Shown here: positions 26,183 to 37,628 of the stretch, in pieces
How positions within the stretch are numbered: the first letter of the stretch is position 1
Layout: the number at the start of each line of letters is the position of its first letter
Source: Octopus sinensis
Lineage: Eukaryota
NCBI RefSeq assembly: GCF_006345805.1
Contig: NC_042999.1
Coordinates: 94,984,001-95,048,000 of the forward strand
Direction: 5' to 3'
DNA length: 64,000 bases
Position numbers and translations under genes: made by a program
The notes under the pieces: generated by a model
Told to the model about the DNA's origin: nothing
What the model saw: only the letters and a program-made list of their open reading frames with translations
Databases searched by the model: none

Positions 26183-26380
26183 GTTGCTCAAACTGCTAGA
26201 GGTAGCAGCCAAACTTCTTTCAAATAAAACCCTGTTTCCTTTCAAAAGTATACATTGGATAATGTACTCTTGTTTGTTATGTGTTTAAATTAAAACATAG
26301 TATGGCCTTGACTAGAATACTTTTGATTACAGAGGGATTCTCAATTAGTGCTGAACTGAGAAAATAATATGAACAACAAT
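26183..26380 (+). mobile_element. Repeat family C
   Basis: ctgctagaggtagcagccaaac..acattggataatgta..atggccttgactagaatacttttgat..aacaacaat. An inverted copy lies at 25820-26000. Confidence 0.65.
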
Positions 26381-26619
26381 AACCTTTCATATAGAATATA
26401 AACTTATATTCTACTGTCCGTTGTGTAGAACAAAAGCAATTCCCGTGTATGCATTTTAATATACGGTATAGCTTTAATACTGTGTTTGAATGTATGTGTA
26501 ATCGTAATTACTTCCTACATGAAGATGTTGATGAGCATCGTTTTTTAAATCCAAAGTGAAGATTTTGCTAATTTGCACAAGTTCTTCTAAGCATAATCTT
26601 TAGGAAATATTCCGATAAA

Positions 26620-26860
26620 CTAATGAATTAACAACATTTTCAGCTGATATAAACATGGAATTTGGCGAAAAGAAATTTCTGATATTTAGTTATAGAACGA
26701 GGAAAGTCAGTGCCCAAGCCCACACCTGTGCATCAACAGTCTCTATTTCCCCATTTTCAAACAAAGACTGTTACAAAGAAGACATAGACGAAAATGTATC
26801 ATATGAAGGCACCGTGAATAAAAATAGAGTGACCCGAGAATATGGAAAAGATGGAACCTG
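26620..26860 (+). mobile_element. R4/Dong-clade LINE reverse transcriptase fragment (degenerate)
   Basis: TTFSADINMEFGEKK ... DIDENVSYEGTVNKNRVTREY resembles the FS.DI.M.FG..KC / YLGI.EN region of R4/Dong RTs. Confidence 0.6.
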
Positions 26861-26921
26861 GTATCTTTGTTGGAAACTGGCTCCCTTCTCAGTGGGAGAT
26901 TTATAATAAAATATAGAAGAG

Positions 26922-26989
26922 ACATACATACATACATACATACATACATACATACATACATACATACATACATACATACATACATACAT
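26922..26989. repeat. (ACAT)n microsatellite (3' tail of the adjacent RTE)
   Basis: Directly visible; a second (ACAT)n tract is at 27453-27535. Confidence 0.95.
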
Positions 26990-27452
26990 AATGGCTGCTC
27001 CCTCGTTATCGAGTATGGCCATTGCACGAAGCTTAACTGTTATTGGTGCTGTGATCGAATGTGACTTTTTAGCCCAGCTAAAGCTCTACAATGTCTTGTA
27101 CAGAATTGACAACTAAAACCTTTACCGGTAATAGCCGGCTGTAGTTGTAACTGGGCTTCATGTACCTTTGCATGTCGTTTAAGTCCTCCTGCTGAATTAC
27201 ACTCTCTTCCATATGCCTGACAGATATAATTAGTATGGTGTGTAACACCACCACCAGTGGCCAGGTTGTCACTCATCTGTCTCGCTTTATGACTACGAAG
27301 ATGACTCTTGAGTCCAGCTTTACTGAGGCAGGGTCTTGCACAGACACTGCATGCCAGCATCATAGGAAGACACCCTTCCCATTTGGAAGTGTAACAGTGA
27401 TGCACTTCCTGACATCCCTCCTTACTTTCTCATGCGCAACTCGAGATTTCTC
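26990..27452 (-). mobile_element. 5'-truncated RTE-clade LINE 3' end with three C2H2-like zinc fingers
   Basis: [17 protein letters not shown], then after a frameshift CSVCARPCLSKAGLKSHLRSH / CQAYGRECNSAGGLKRHAKVH / CQFCTRHCRALAGLKSHIRSQH. Short 3' UTR then (TATG)n. Confidence 0.75.
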
Positions 27453-27505
27453 ATACATACATACATACATGCATACATACATACATACATACATACATAC
27501 ATACA

Positions 27506-27538
<33 letters not shown>

Positions 27539-28399
27539 GCAATGTATACTGCTTAATAGAATCCAGTTGACTGGTAAACTTATATTCGACTGAATTTATT
27601 AGGAAAGTTACGCACCAGAACATCAGGACAGTTTATATTGTTTGTAGATTTTTGGTGTTTTCCGAAAAGACTTGTCTTTCTACGTGTAGTGTGGAATAGT
27701 TGATGGTTGTCAAATATAATTCTTTTGAAATCTATGATGCGTCTTAGAAATATAAATCGACCACAATAATTGACTGGTACTTATTTCATCGACTTGGTGG
27801 TGACGTGAGATCTCAGTGCGTAAAGAACTGTAAATAAATACCACGAGACATTTTCGTGGGAGACTTTAGCGATTCAACCAATCTACTGTCCTGAAACATA
27901 AAATAACGAAAGTATTTATTTAGAAAATTCTACATGGAGATAGTATGAACGACAATAAATAAACACAAAACTTAACGCATAACATCACAACCTAGTAACA
28001 AACTGACACTAGACATCAGTGTCAAATTATTTACTGGATGTTGATTGAAACTGAGCGTCAAAGTTCAAAACACTGAAACTCGGTGGCAACGAATGAGAAA
28101 CAAATGGAAAATAATTCGTATTATTCTCACTCATACTAAAAGAAAAATAACAGCTACTAATATTTTTTCATCCGAATGATGTAACCAAGACGATCTTGAA
28201 ATTGTCACGGAAACGTAATGGGGCAAACATAACATGGTGGACTGATAAAGAAATGTAAAATCAGTAGTGCAAAGTTGTGACTTCAATAATTTGTTTCAAA
28301 TAAAATCATTTTCCATCAACATACCCACCCATCCAAAACTGAAATATGCATATAAATATACATAGTAATGAGTACGTATACATATATAATCCTAACACA

Positions 28400-28818
28400 G
28401 TAAATATGGTGAAATACACCCCACACACACATACGTGGGGAGGGGTGGTATCAATGAAGAGAGAAGGTAGGTAGGAGTGAAGAGAGGAGGGGTGCTTAGC
28501 CCATATGACGCAAAGGGGTGAAGACAGAATATTAAATCCTGTTCATGGTGAAGGCGGGTGTCCGGATGGCACCTGTGCAAAGACAGTCCGCACACAGACA
28601 AGTGTTGTAGTCAATGACCGGTAGAGTGGAAATGGTGCGAGACCGGGTTGTCATTACCGAGTCAGATGTCTTAGAGTTGCTCCGCGAACCGGTCAGCTAA
28701 GCGGAGTCCCGTTTGACCGATGTATAGAGAAGGGCAAAAAGAGCAGGAGATGCAGTAAATGACGTTGTTAGAAGTGCAGATAAAGGAGTCGGTGATATGA
28801 TAGGGATGATTATGGTTT
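28400..28818 (-). mobile_element. Penelope-like element GIY-YIG endonuclease region (pseudogenised)
   Basis: HITDSFICTSNNVIYCISCSFCPSLYIGQTGLRLADRFAEQL..VSHHFHSTGH..EQDLIFCLHPFASYGL. Confidence 0.9.
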
Positions 28819-29206
28819 GCCACTTCATCCTCAGTGGATATTCCTTCATCCTCACTATCCACGCAGCCCTTGCCAGAGCACGTTCCGTGGACCATGCCTC
28901 TACTCTCTCGCCCCGCACCCGCCTCACCGTTGCCCGTCTCTCATTGCGCCTCACCTACCACCCCTCCACCCTTCCCTTCCAACGCACCATTCTCCGATCC
29001 TCCGGTGACTCCAGTCCGACCCCGGCACCTCGCACATCTTCCCGAATCTACCTCTTCCTTCCTTCGAACGAGTCCATAACCAGCATGACCTCCTGGTCCA
29101 TAGTTTTTCTCCTAACCCCACCTCCCAACCTGGCTTGTTCCCCTGCTCCCGCCCACGCTGCCGCACTTGCCCCTTCCACTCCAGCACCACCATGCCTATC
29201 ATATCA
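28819..29206 (+). mobile_element. Penelope-like element RT C-terminal/linker region, inverted relative to its endonuclease
   Basis: IHAALARARSVD..LTYHPSTLPFQRTILR..LQSDPGTSHIFPNLPLPSF..DLLVHS..PRCRTCPF. Confidence 0.85.
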
Positions 29207-29399
29207 TAAACCTGATCTTTCTTCAACGAAGCATTAAACACTTCCTCTCACATCCTTTCACTTTGCTCTCCTCTCACTTCCATACTAAGCCTCATAGGAA
29301 CAAGGGGCTTAATTATCACGAAACAATTCCTTCCTGATGCTAATTTTTGTTGTGAATAATTGCTGATTGCTGCCGATATTGGATTTACCTACATCTTAA

Positions 29400-29770
29400 T
29401 ATATCTGGAAAGAAGTCATCAAGAGGAAGGAACTGAAGATAGTAGTGCGAAAGGAGTTCGAAAAATCCAAAAGTTTGCAGGACGATTTGCATAAAAGAAA
29501 GGTGAAGTCTAATGAAAATTCTCTTCTGGTTAGTAAAAGCTGGTTTGAAAGGGGAAACACGCTCTTAATTTTACATAATGTAAAAATAGTTGGTGAAGCT
29601 GCAAGAGCAGCTTCTAGTACTGCTTCTAGTTGCCCTGAGCAACTGAAAGAAGAAAAATAATTGCATCAGAACAAGTCTGCAATGTAGCTGAAACTGTCCT
29701 TTTTTACATCGTACCGACTCGAACTTCTTTCTCGACAAGGAAAACCAACACTAGGCTTCAAAAAGTCGTA
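29400..29770 (+). mobile_element. Tigger/pogo (CENP-B-like) transposase remnant
   Basis: VSKSWFER..LHNVKIVGEAARA..EQVCNVAETVLF..PTRT matches Tigger ASKGWF..LHN...GEAASAD..EQVFN.DETGLF. Confidence 0.8.
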
Positions 29771-29839
29771 TGGAACTTTTTTTGTGAGAAAATTCTGCTA
29801 GTTATATGAAATTAATAATTCTACTCCTGTATCAAGTCA

Positions 29840-30010
29840 GATGGCTGGCAAAATGCTTATCAACATTTCGTCCGTCTGAGTTCAAATTCCACCGAGGTCG
29901 ACTTCACCTTTCATACTTTCAGAATCGATAAAATAAGTATCAGTTGAGCACTGTAAATGACCTACTCCAACTCCCGAAAGTGCTGGCCTTGTGCCAAAAA
30001 TTGAAACCAG
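29840..30010 (+). mobile_element. SINE family A
   Basis: gagttcaaattccaccgaggtcgacttcacctttcat..ggccttgtgccaaa. Confidence 0.85.
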
Positions 30011-30203
30011 TACTGCTACTTATGTATCACTTCAAAAATCTAAGAGCTTTCAAAGAAAGTTTAATTTACCTCTCATTTGGAGTTCAGTACTTGTTAATGT
30101 GTCTCCATTATCTTAAACATACATACATACATACACTTGTATACATGTGTGTGTATTCTCATTATATATTTATATATATGTAGTTTATATTCATAGAACC
30201 AGA

Positions 30204-30269
<66 letters not shown>

Positions 30270-30439
30270 GGACACAATGTGATTGAATATATTCTTTATA
30301 CTCCTAATGTGTTCTCCCTCTATTCAACCATTCAACGTGATGAATTAAACAAATGTTGCATAAATTTGAATATAAAATAACCCTTCGGCATAAATGTCAG
30401 TTACACCTGAAAGTAAATACATATGATTGTCGGTTCTGG

Positions 30440-32270
30440 ATCTTTTCGTATTCTTCCAACCACTTGAAGAATTTCAATTTTCTATAAATTGTTTTCAAAT
30501 TTCCCACACTGATGTAGTTTTGCATGCTGACGGCAAAAATCGCATTCATGTTTTCGAAAAATTAATAATAAAAAAAACTAGAAGCATTTAAAATTGTGTA
30601 ATTTTAGCCGATGAAATAAGTCCAGTGTCCTCACAGGGGGAAGTTGAAACTGTTTGTTGCCATAACAACTCCAATGTATCGTTGTTTATCTATGGAACGG
30701 TATGCAAAGTTTTCAATACGAAAACAAAAGGGAACAGTAAAAATTGCATGAAAGACGAATTTTTGAAACGAAAAACATTATAGAACCTTAAATTTTCCAA
30801 AAAACAAATTTTAAAAGAAGGAATAAAATTTTATTTTTTTAGATATTTTTTTTCTGCAGCAAAAAGAATTTTATAAAACTATTAAGATAATAATATTACT
30901 GCCCATAGTCACAGGTCCCGCTTTCGACCCGCTAGAAATAACAGGTAAATTGAAACGTAAATACATAGACTGTCAATAAAAGAACTCAATGGTGAAATAA
31001 AACAATATTTCTTCGAAGATATCGCATTTTTCGTACCTGTAGCGTCACAAACTTCGCAGACATATGAGTTCACTGTCGAACAATGAGTGCCATAGTGCCG
31101 ATTATTCCCTCGCTTAATACAGGACCGAGTACTTTCTATAAGGTGTTCAAAAAGTCTCTCCGCAGTAAGTATTTTATTGCAAAATGAATATTTATACGAT
31201 GGTATAAGACTACAGAAGAATATATTAGACTTTACAAGACTTTAAAAATCTTTATAAGAGGTGTTGAAAGTGTCGTCCTTCATTTTCAATACGTAAGTTG
31301 ACTCTTCCACACATGATTTAACTATGTGAAGGTTATGCTTGCTTCTTTTAGCTCATTAATGGCTTTCGGGCGATTCTTGCTTGTACACTGATCCTTTACT
31401 TGCTTACCAGAAACAAAAAATCTGGCTGTGTTAAATCAGGTGATCTTGGTGGCCAAAATCCCTTCGAAATAATTCATTCAGCGAAAAACTCTCAGAGAGT
31501 CAGAATGAAAATATTTACTGCGGAGAGCCTTTTCGAACACCCTGTATTTATTGAGTATGGTTCCCTTCTTGTAAGTTTACAAATTCGACGCTATTTTACA
31601 GTTCTATGGTGAAATTGGTATCCTGGTATCTCGGGAAAATGCGACTATTTACTTGCCCCACATATCACTGTAAATAATTGTTCCCGGCAGAACTGATTCT
31701 CGAACTCAATGTTCGAGTGCGTCATGATCTCGAGAAGGCACAGTGAAAAGAAAAGAAAAATTATTCTCGAGTTTCGCAATACACATCGCCGGAAACCCGG
31801 TATTCGGGTCGCATTCGAATCCTGGTTGTATTTTCTCCTCGAAAATACAATTTTATTTATTTCAACAATTTAACCGGGACCACGACCAAACTTCATTGGA
31901 TTGCGAAGCAAATGTTCCGCGCAGTTTTCCCGTAAATAATAGTTATAGTTTACCAATCCCTGATTTGTCCTTATAAATCCTAATGGTTGTCTATTCTTCC
32001 ATCCACAGCAGTGTGAGTAAACAACAATACACGGGAGTTGCTATGACAACAAACAGTTTCGACTGCCGCTGTGAGGACACTGGCTTGAAATTCATTGACT
32101 AAAAATGCATAAATTTAAAAGCCTTTAACTTCATTTTCCAAAATAATGAATATGATGTTCGTCATCAACCTACAATACTAAATCAAAGTACATGTTTTGA
32201 AAATGTTCAAATTAAAATTTATGGTTGGAAGAAAACGTAAAAGAAAACGATAAAGATCCTTGGTTTTATT
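30440..32270 (-). mobile_element. Merlin (IS1016/ISXO2-like) DNA transposon, degenerate, with ~250-bp terminal inverted repeats
   Basis: TIRs at about 30440-30690 and 32013-32270 (ccagtgtcctcacag..gaaactgtttgttgccataacaactcc). Minus strand gives GPG*IVEINKIVFSRRKYN..VLPGTIIYSDMW..EFVN..GNHTQ*IEST..GTH..NSYVCE. Confidence 0.85.
31139..31544 (-). mobile_element. Internally deleted Tc1/mariner (maT/DD37D-like) element nested in Merlin
   Basis: 29-bp TIRs taaggtgttcaaaaagtctctccgcagta and tactgcggagagccttttcgaacaccctg with TA duplication. Encodes FWPPRSPDLTQPDF..ENEGRHFQHLL*. Confidence 0.9.
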
Positions 32271-32623
32271 TCAAAGGCGGTTGTGTTTCACTGTTTGCGT
32301 GCGTGAGTGTGTGTATGAGTGTGTATACGTGCGTGTATGCGCGCGTGTGTATCTATTTGTCTAGGTTATATGTGTAATGAATATTTGTTGCTGTTGTTGT
32401 TAATGCTACACGGAGACCGGCATATCAAAAAATAGATGCAACGTTTCTTCTGCGAGTCGTAAAAGGTGACTAAAAGAGATTGAGGTAGGATTTTTGCCCT
32501 TGTAAAACCTTTCACCAGCAACGACTACCTAAACAGTCACATGGGTTCGAGGGTTGTCGCCTGAGTGGTGCAAAGGCTTCATCTAGTTGATGGGGTGACG
32601 CTCTGCCTCAGTGAATGGCCCCA

Positions 32624-32631
32624 TACTACTA

Positions 32632-32663
<32 letters not shown>

Positions 32664-32667
32664 TCTT

Positions 32668-32735
<68 letters not shown>
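32624..32735. repeat. (TAC)n/(TGC)n trinucleotide microsatellite
   Basis: Directly visible; similar tracts at 36969-37044, 37547-37653 and 42786-42966. Confidence 0.95.
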
Positions 32736-33439
32736 GTTGTTTTTGATGTCGTTGTTTTAACCGCAAGCAAATTCTCATCGAGCAAATCTATGATCAACAG
32801 TATTCTAGCCCTGATCGTTTAGCGGTACATACTGATAAAACTAAAATATCAAATATGTCCTTCCCATGTATATGACTGCAGTGTGTATTTTGAGAAAGAT
32901 TAGGGTACTGTTTCTGGCAGATAGAATGATCACGTCACGCTGTCTCCAGTGAATGTGTAATTGTGTGTCTTTGTTACCAAGTGTAATTTATTATATGTAT
33001 TTATTATACTTGGCACTTCATCGTAATATGTCTGAAAAGACGTAAAATTTACTCAGTTCTCAAAAGTGATAAACATAAGTTGTAGAAGTATAATAGTACA
33101 AAAATAACCATTAAAAAACGATAAAATCATATTTTGTGTTAATTCAAGAAACATTTTAAAGAAACAAACGAAGTTATCTGACAACCCTATATTAAATACA
33201 CGACTATGTTCTAACTTCGTCTCACTTTATTAACGACACCACGTGATAGCTAAGAAAAATTTTAACCCTCATTTATGGCTGGACCTGTATATATTGACGT
33301 CCACACACACACACAGATGAGATTCGGAAATTCTCCATATAGAAGACACTTAGTAGTGCTCAAAAGATTCAGACTGAGACCGCAATGTCTTTACTGAGGA
33401 TCATTCCACAAGGTAAAGAAAGGCTATAAGAGGAATCAT

Positions 33440-33739
33440 GTGGAAAATTAGAATAAGCACAAATATAAACTATTAGCTCTTTCGTACGTTTCACTATTGC
33501 AGTTATTTGGAACTCAGCATTTGATGCACCTAGTATATTTGGATGCTTAACCACAATGGATCACCAGAACATTTTATTGCATTCTCTATTCTCTGTAATA
33601 GTATACAATAAAGTGCTCCCCGAAGATCCATTGCTGTTCGCATTCAAATGTCGTATATCTAATGCTGAGCTCCAAATAAGGGCAATGGGGGAAAGTACGC
33701 AGGAACTAATAATTTGTATTTGTGCTTATCATAATTTTC

Positions 33740-33742
<3 letters not shown>
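33440..33742. mobile_element. MITE-like inverted repeat (~120-bp arms, 62-bp spacer)
   Basis: 33440-33562 is the reverse complement of 33625-33742 (gtggaaaatta..gataagcacaaat..aatggatc). Confidence 0.85.
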
Positions 33743-33789
<47 letters not shown>

Positions 33790-33792
<3 letters not shown>

Positions 33793-33951
33793 CGTAGGAG
33801 TGGCTGTGTGGTAAGTAGGTTGCTTACGAACCACATGGTTCTGGGTTCAGTCCTACTGCGTGACACCTTGGCCAAGTGTCTTCTATTATAGTCTCGGGCC
33901 GACCAAAGCCTTGTGAGTGGATTTGGTAGAAAGAAGCTTGTCGTATATACG

Positions 33952-33984
<33 letters not shown>

Positions 33985-34235
33985 TATATATATTACACAT
34001 ATATATAAGTGTTCGTGTATATGTTCGTATGTCTGCGTTTGTCCCCCACCCCAACATCGCTTGACAACGGATGCTGGTGTGTTTACGTCCCCGTAGCTTA
34101 GAGGTTCGGCAAAAGAGATCAATAGAATAAGTACTAGGCTTACAAAGAATAAGTCATGGGGTCGATTTGCTCGACTAAAGGCGGTACTCCTGCATGGCCA
34201 CAGAAAATGACTGAAACAAGTAAAAGAGCTAAAGA
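33790..34235 (+). mobile_element. SINE family B, full length, with internal (TA)n
   Basis: ggcgtaggagtggctgtgtggtaag..gggttcagtcc..tgacaccttggccaagtgtc..gactgaaacaagtaaaaga. Confidence 0.92.
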
Positions 34236-34428
34236 GTAAAGAGTATATAAATGTGTGCGCATATATGTGTCGTTTTTTTATGTCCTGTACGCATATATGC
34301 ATGTATATATACATGTATGTGTAGTTATGAACATATATGTATGTTTATATGCATATATGTATATATTATTTATATTATATGATCGAACGCCACACATCCT
34401 TTTCCAAGTACGTATATATATGCATATA

Positions 34429-34464
<36 letters not shown>

Positions 34465-34516
34465 TGTATATATGCATATATTTATATATGTATGTATATA
34501 TATATATATGTATATA

Positions 34517-34577
<61 letters not shown>

Positions 34578-34582
<5 letters not shown>

Positions 34583-34660
34583 TAAATTAGAGACAAAACC
34601 ACTATTATGGAAATCAAACAAAGAAAGACTTAAGCCAATACATAAAATAATTTATATAAA
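34578..34660 (-). mobile_element. Subfamily H4 partial copy (3' part, no ribozyme)
   Basis: Reverse complement of 49470-49540. Confidence 0.75.
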
Positions 34661-34674
34661 TTTAGAAATTTAGT

Positions 34675-34780
34675 GAGAATTTACAGAAAACAAAAGACGA
34701 AGATGGGTGTGTAAACAACAAACAGGTGCATTAGTTTAACGCTCGGGATGTGAGAAAGTCTTTTACGTTTCGAACATACG
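34675..34780 (-). mobile_element. Subfamily H2 partial copy with half a hammerhead
   Basis: Homologous to 49575-49690. Minus strand reads GAAACGTA-AAAGA; truncated by the adjacent SINE B. Confidence 0.7.
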
Positions 34781-34937
34781 GTGGGCTTCTTTCAGTTTCC
34801 GACTACCAAATCGACCCACGAGGCTTTTTTCGGCCCGAAGCAATAGTAGAAAATATTGTCCGTTGGTGCCACGTAGTGAGACTGAACTCGGAACCATGTG
34901 GTTGGAAAGCAACCTTCTTACCACACAGCCATACCTA
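34780..34937 (-). mobile_element. SINE family B head
   Basis: Reverse complement of ggtatggctgtgtggtaagaagg..ccacatggttccgagttcagtc. Confidence 0.85.
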
Positions 34938-35769
34938 AGTACTGGAATCTATGAGGACAAACATGATTGTGTAATTTTATTTTAACACACTTCAGCACTT
35001 GAAATACTTCGATTGTTAAGACTAACTTAATCCCAATTTTGCAAGCCTCGGCATACTCCAGCAAATATGTCGATTGTTGCTTGCATATATATACGAACAG
35101 GAATCGCAGCCCTGCACTAAGTGCTAGTAGTGGTGTCTACTAATGAGAAAACAAAATTACGCCGAAACCCTATGACTAGTGGTTTCCTGATATCATTTGG
35201 AGCATGGTTTGATGTGTTTTTACCCAAAGAATCTAAACTGAAAATCTTTTTTCCGAGACTGAATCCTGCAGCGAATGCCTTTTACGTTCTTGTGTGCAGC
35301 AGTATCTTAAAAACAACTGTACACATCTTCATTGCAATTTCTCTCTGCTTCGTAAGCTTACACTAAAATTCTCTATGTTCACGTGTGTGAGTGTACATGT
35401 GTACACAAATGCGTATATTCATGCACTCATATGTGTGTATGTATTACACTGGGTGTGTGTGTGTGTCACTAGCTTTCAATCTATTCGACTTCGTGACGCA
35501 CCGTCTCATTACACATACTTGTGTATGACGAAATAATAAACAACATGTTTTTCAAGTATTACTGTGAATATTCTAAAAATTAAAACATATATTTCTTTTA
35601 AAGTTGCTGCGCAACTAAATACACTTAGCGGCACACCTTTTCCGAATCACTGGCAATCACTAATGTGTGTGTCCAACTGTGTACACGCATATGTATGCAT
35701 GTAGGTATATGTCGATAGATAGATATATATAGATATACATACATGTATGTGTGTGTGCATGTGTGAGTA

Positions 35770-36165
35770 AGAAGCTTGTAAGTAGCTTGCTTACCAACCA
35801 CATGGTTCTGGGTTCAGTCCTACTACGTGGTACCATGGGCAAGTGTTTTCTGCTATAGCCTCGGGCCGACTAAAGACTTGTGAGTGGATTTGATAGACGG
35901 AAACTGAAAGAAGCTCGACTTATATATATAAGTGTGTGTGTGTGTGTGTATGTGTGTTTGTGTATCTGTGTGTGTCCCCTACCATCACTTGACAACTGAT
36001 GTTCGTGTGTCTACGTTTCTACGTCCCTACAACTTAGCGGTTCGGCAAAAGAAACAGACAGATTAAGTACTAGGCTTAGAAAGACTAAGTTCTGGGGTCG
36101 ATTTCTTCGACTAAAGGCGCAGCATGGCCGCAGTCAAATGACTGAAACAAATAAAAGAGTAAAAG
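35770..36165 (+). mobile_element. SINE family B
   Basis: Homologous to 33790-34235, with an internal (TA)/(TG) tract. Confidence 0.9.
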
Positions 36166-36258
36166 ACGTGTGTGTGTGTGTGTGCGTGTGTGTGTGTGTG
36201 TTGTGTGTGTGTGTATGCATGTATGTATGTATGTATGTATGTATGTATGTATGTATGT

Positions 36259-36660
36259 AGGCAGGCATGGCTGTGTAGTAAGAGTTTTGCTTCCCAACCA
36301 CATGGTTCCGAGTTTTGTTGTATGGCGTATCACCTCGGCTAAGTGTTTTCTACTCTAGCCCCGGGTCCTTGTGGGTGGATTTGGTAGAAGTAAATCGAAA
36401 GAAGCCCATTTTGCATATATGTCCGTTTGCCTGTCTGTTTGTCTTTCTGTTTGTTAGTATGTATGTATGTATGTATGTATGTATGTATGTATGTATGTAT
36501 GTATGTATGTATGTATGTATGCATGCATGCATGTATGTATGAGTTTTCATCCTCGTAACTTAGCGGCTCAGCAAAAGAGCCCAGTAGGTTGAATACCAGA
36601 CTTAAGAAAAAGTAAGGAGCGGGAAGAGGTTCGATTTGTTCGACTAAACCTCTCGACAAA
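36259..36660 (+). mobile_element. SINE family B
   Basis: Homologous head and tail, with an internal (TATG)n expansion. Confidence 0.85.
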
Positions 36661-36975
36661 AACAAAAAATAAAAGACGTAAACGAACGTATATAAATACA
36701 CAAATTGTAAGCGCGCCCACACAGCATGACATACTAGAAATAACAGCCAGGTTTCTCTCCCGGCGTATAAATGACACGTTGAATTATTATGGCATTGGTT
36801 GGCATGGCCTTGCACCTCGCGTGTCTGCATCTATTAGGGCTGTTTTGAATCTAAAACAACAACAGCAGAAATTCACTTGTTCCTCTGCTTAACTTCCACT
36901 ACAATTACCACTATATCTAACAACACTACTAATAATGATACTGTTGCTGCTGCTCCTGCTGCTGCTGTTACTACT

Positions 36976-37045
<70 letters not shown>

Positions 37046-37224
37046 AGAATAACACAGCATCAACGGAAATATTTTACGTGGTTTCTCACTCTGCTACTTA
37101 TAGCAGCCAAATATCCTTTCTCAAATCAAACCCAAAGTGTTAAATAGACAATGAAGGGATTTATACAAATTAGTTCCTGATAGGCTAAATATACTGGATG
37201 GTCACGGTTAGAATGTCTTTCTTG

Positions 37225-37460
37225 GAAGAAAGGACAAGTCTTTGAAATCAACTAACCCCTTCCCCAAAAATGTCAGGCCTTGTGCCTATAACAGAAAGGA
37301 TTATTATTTTCATTATTATCATTTCAAATTTCGCCTAGGTCGACCTTGCCTTCCATCCTTTCGGGGTCGATAAATTATATACCAGTTAAGTGCTAGATTC
37401 GATGTAACTGAATAGCCTCCTCCCACAAATTTCAGGTCTTCTGCCTATAGTAGAAATATT
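37225..37460 (+). mobile_element. Two tandem partial SINE family A copies
   Basis: caggccttgtgcctataacagaaaggattatt, then ggtcgaccttgccttccatcctttcggggtcgataaatt. Confidence 0.8.
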
Positions 37461-37544
37461 ATTATTATTATTATTAATATTATTATTACTGTTATTAGAG
37501 TTTTTGTTTCCATTTCTTGCCGAGTGTCTTCCCGACACCTAGGA

Positions 37545-37628
<84 letters not shown>

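Noticed and set aside
27040-27405. Host C2H2 zinc-finger transcription factor gene
   Set aside because: No TGEKP linkers, an upstream frameshift, an RTE-type preceding motif, and microsatellite flanks indicate a retroelement tail.
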